Shown here in pieces: positions 61,427 through 64,000 of a stretch of 64,000 bases of DNA (the first letter of the stretch is position 1; each line of letters opens with the position of its first letter). The DNA is from Alphaproteobacteria bacterium (lineage in GTDB: Bacteria; Pseudomonadota; Alphaproteobacteria; UBA828), in NCBI GenBank assembly GCA_965214705.1, contig OZ243972.1, positions 128,001 through 192,000 on the forward strand, given 5' to 3'. The notes beneath the pieces are model-generated. The model worked only from the letters and a program-made list of their open reading frames with translations. It did no database searches and was not told the DNA's origin. The translations under genes and the position numbers were made by a program.

Positions 61427-64000
61427 ATGGCTAAACGAATGCTCATCGACGCCAGCCACGCGGAAGAGACCCGCGTGGTGGTGGCGGACGGAACACGCCT
61501 AGAGGAATTCGACTTCGAATCGGCTGCCAGGAAGCAACTCAAGGGAAACGTCTATCTCGCCAAGGTCATGCGCGTGGAGCCCTCGCTCCAGGCGGCATTT
61601 GTCGACTACGGCGGCAATCGCCACGGCTTCCTGCCCTTCAACGAAATCCACCCCGACTACTACCAGATCCCGGTCGCGGACCGGGAGGCGCTCTATGCCG
61701 AGACGGCGGATGCCGTCGATGACGCCGAAGAGCCCGCCGCCGCCCCGCCGGCTGCAGCGGCCGAGGACGGTGCCGACGGCGAGGCGTCGCCCGAGGGCGA
61801 TGCTCAGCCCGAGCCGACGGACGCCCCTGAGAATACGGAGGGAGCCGCCGATGATGGTGACGGCAGCAGCGATGACGGGGCCGCCCAGGCCAACGGCGCC
61901 GACGACGGCAATGGCGGGGCCAACGGCGATGCCAGTGCCAACGGCGATGTCGAGGTCATGGGCGGGGACGAGCTGGACGACCTGGAGCGCCGACGCCTTC
62001 AGGCCAGCCGCTCGCTGCTCAGCCGCCGCTACCGCATTCAGGAGGTCATCAAGAAGCGCCAGATCCTGCTGGTGCAGGTGGTCAAGGAGGAACGCGGCAA
62101 CAAGGGCGCGGCGCTCACCACCTATCTCTCGCTCGCCGGGCGCTACATCGTGCTTATGCCCAATGCGATCCGGGGCGGAGGCATCTCGCGCAAGATCGTC
62201 AACGCCGACGACCGGCGTCGCCTCAAGAAAATCATGGCCGATCTCGATATCCCGGCGCGCATGGCGGTCATCGTGCGGACCGCCGGGCTCTCGCGCTCGA
62301 AGACGGAGATCAGGCGCGACCTGGAATACCTGCTGCGCCGCTGGCAGAACATCCGCGACCTCACGATGGAATCGATGGCGCCCTGCGTCATCAACGAGGA
62401 GGCCAACCTCATCCGCCGCTCGATCCGCGACCTCTACACGCGCGACATCGAGCAGATCCTGATCGAGGGGGACGAGGGCTACAAGACCGCAAAGACGTTC
62501 ATGAAGACCATGATCCCGAGCCACGCCTCTCGCGTGAAACCCTATCGGGACCGAATTCCGCTCTTCGTCCGCTATCAGATCGAGAGCCAGCTCGATTCCA
62601 TGTACGGCCCTGAGCTCCAGCTCAAGTCGGGCGGCTACTTGGTCATCAACCCGACCGAGGCGCTGGTGGCGATCGACGTCAACTCGGGGCGGGCCACCAA
62701 GGAGCGCACGATCGAGGAGACCGCGCTCAGGACCAACCTGGAGGCGGCGGAGGAAATCGCCCGCCAGCTCAGGCTGCGCGACCTCGCCGGGCTGATCGTC
62801 ATCGACTTCATCGACATGGACGAGAACCGCAACCAGCGGGCGGTGGAACGCAAGTTCAAGGAGTCGATGAAGATCGACCGCGCGCGCATTCGCATGGGCC
62901 GGATCAGCCCCTTCGGCCTGATGGAGCTCTCGCGCCAGCGGCTGCGGCCGAGCCTGGTGGAAGCCAGCATGGAGCGCTGCGCGAGCTGCGCCGGCACCGG
63001 CGTCAGACGCTCGGTGGAATCGTCCGCAGTCCACGCGCTCAGAGCCATCGAGGAGGAAGGGCTGCAGGGGCGGAGCGCCGAGATCCTGCTGCGTGTGCCG
63101 GCTGCGGTCGGGCTTTACATCCTCAACCGCAAGCGCCGGATGCTGGAGGAGATCGAGCAGCGCTACGCGTTCGCCGTCAGCTTCGAGCAGGACGACAGCC
63201 TGGTGCCGCCGAGCTACGCGATCGAGCGGCTCGCGGCCCGGCCCGCACCGGTCGAGGAGCCTGCGGAGGAAGAGGCAGACGAGGCGCCCCAGCGCGAGAG
63301 CAAGGCCAAGCAGGAGACCAAGGGCGAGTCCGCGGAGCCGACCAAGCGCCGCCGTCGGCGCCGGCGCAAGCCGCGTGGCGAGGGGGCGGAGGAAGCCCCT
63401 GCCGAGGCTGCCACCTCCGCACCGGCTGAGGTGGCCCCGGCCGAAGGCGGCTCTGAGGACGAGAAGGAGGAGTCGGCAGCCGCAGCGGACGACAAGGCCG
63501 AGAAGACCGAAGATGCTCCTCGCGCCAAGCGCCGGCGTCGAGGCCGACGTGGTGGGCGCGGCCGCGCGCCCAAGCAGCAGGAGCGGCAGGAGGAAGCGCG
63601 CGAGGCCCCCGGCGCAGTAGCCGAGGAGACGACTCCTCCGCTCGCGGCGGAGGGAGACGCATCACCCGCGTCTGCAGCCGAGATCGAGTCCCCGACGGCC
63701 CCCGCAACTCCCGCCGCCGAAGAAGCGGCCACCCCCGCCAACGACGCGAGCGCGCCGGCCCCCGCCACATCCGAGCCTGAGCTTGAGGCACCGCCGGCAC
63801 CGGTGTTTGCGCCGCCGGCGCCAGCGCCCTTGCCTGAGCCAGCGGCTATCGATGGCCCGCAGGCGACCGCAGCGAGTGGTAACGGATCGGACGACGCATC
63901 GCGCCCGGAGGCTGTTGAGGTCTCCGACGGGAGCGAGGCTCCTTCGGTCGACGGCGGCGACAACGCACCCACCGCGGTGCTTCCGCCGGACGATATCGAG
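61427..64000 (+). CDS. rne: Ribonuclease E (3' truncated by window edge)
   Basis: MAKRMLIDASHAEETRV, KGNVYLAKV, AAFVDYG, KEERGNKGA, AIDVNSG, IDFIDM; Arg-rich and acidic scaffold; about 300-nt 5' leader. Confidence 0.97.
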   Translation, partial: MAKRMLIDASHAEETRVVVADGTRLEEFDFESAARKQLKGNVYLAKVMRVEPSLQAAFVDYGGNRHGFLPFNEIHPDYYQIPVADREALYAETADAVDDAEEPAAAPPAAAAEDGADGEASPEGDAQPEPTDAPENTEGAADDGDGSSDDGAAQANGADDGNGGANGDASANGDVEVMGGDELDDLERRRLQASRSLLSRRYRIQEVIKKRQILLVQVVKEERGNKGAALTTYLSLAGRYIVLMPNAIRGGGISRKIVNADDRRRLKKIMADLDIPARMAVIVRTAGLSRSKTEIRRDLEYLLRRWQNIRDLTMESMAPCVINEEANLIRRSIRDLYTRDIEQILIEGDEGYKTAKTFMKTMIPSHASRVKPYRDRIPLFVRYQIESQLDSMYGPELQLKSGGYLVINPTEALVAIDVNSGRATKERTIEETALRTNLEAAEEIARQLRLRDLAGLIVIDFIDMDENRNQRAVERKFKESMKIDRARIRMGRISPFGLMELSRQRLRPSLVEASMERCASCAGTGVRRSVESSAVHALRAIEEEGLQGRSAEILLRVPAAVGLYILNRKRRMLEEIEQRYAFAVSFEQDDSLVPPSYAIERLAARPAPVEEPAEEEADEAPQRESKAKQETKGESAEPTKRRRRRRRKPRGEGAEEAPAEAATSAPAEVAPAEGGSEDEKEESAAAADDKAEKTEDAPRAKRRRRGRRGGRGRAPKQQERQEEAREAPGAVAEETTPPLAAEGDASPASAAEIESPTAPATPAAEEAATPANDASAPAPATSEPELEAPPAPVFAPPAPAPLPEPAAIDGPQATAASGNGSDDASRPEAVEVSDGSEAPSVDGGDNAPTAVLPPDDIE

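Noticed and set aside
61700-64000. Acidic insertion and Arg-rich, low-complexity segments in RNase E
   Set aside because: Typical of alphaproteobacterial RNase E S1 insertion and scaffold.

Overview
GC-rich alphaproteobacterial (Rhodospirillales-like) chromosomal window, mostly core genes. 1-19.8 kb: cobalamin biosynthesis cluster (btuF-like, cobW, cobN, cobO, cobQ, cobD, cbiX, cobH, cobL, cobI, cbiG-cobJ, cobM, cobK, cbiD, cobA, an SCO gene, cobB). 19.9-36 kb: class A PBP, gyrB-recF-dnaN-dnaA, rpsT, a NYN gene, enoyl-CoA hydratase, mutM, ubiE, ubiB. 36-48.6 kb: accessory genes (GS-like ligase with a Cys-rich unknown protein, oxidoreductase, RidA, PhaC-like synthase, two phaB paralogues flanking a SmaI-like R-M pair, orphan Tat-exported solute-binding protein). 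48.6-64 kb: metW/metX, chorismate mutase-hisC-tyrA, dapB, dnaJ-dnaK-grpE-hrcA, orphan higA, 5' part of rne. Most unusual signals read from the sequence: an IS1634-family element 17 bp upstream of the dnaA start codon; a 266-bp TA-flanked MITE family (two copies plus a solitary end) whose termini co-vary; a multi-hairpin repeat with compensatory base changes; a C8 tract that puts the most plausible cobA start out of frame; and a ~190-nt dual-coding overlap between a small coiled-coil protein and the PhaC-like gene. All calls come from manual motif recognition and recalled family knowledge; no searches were run.
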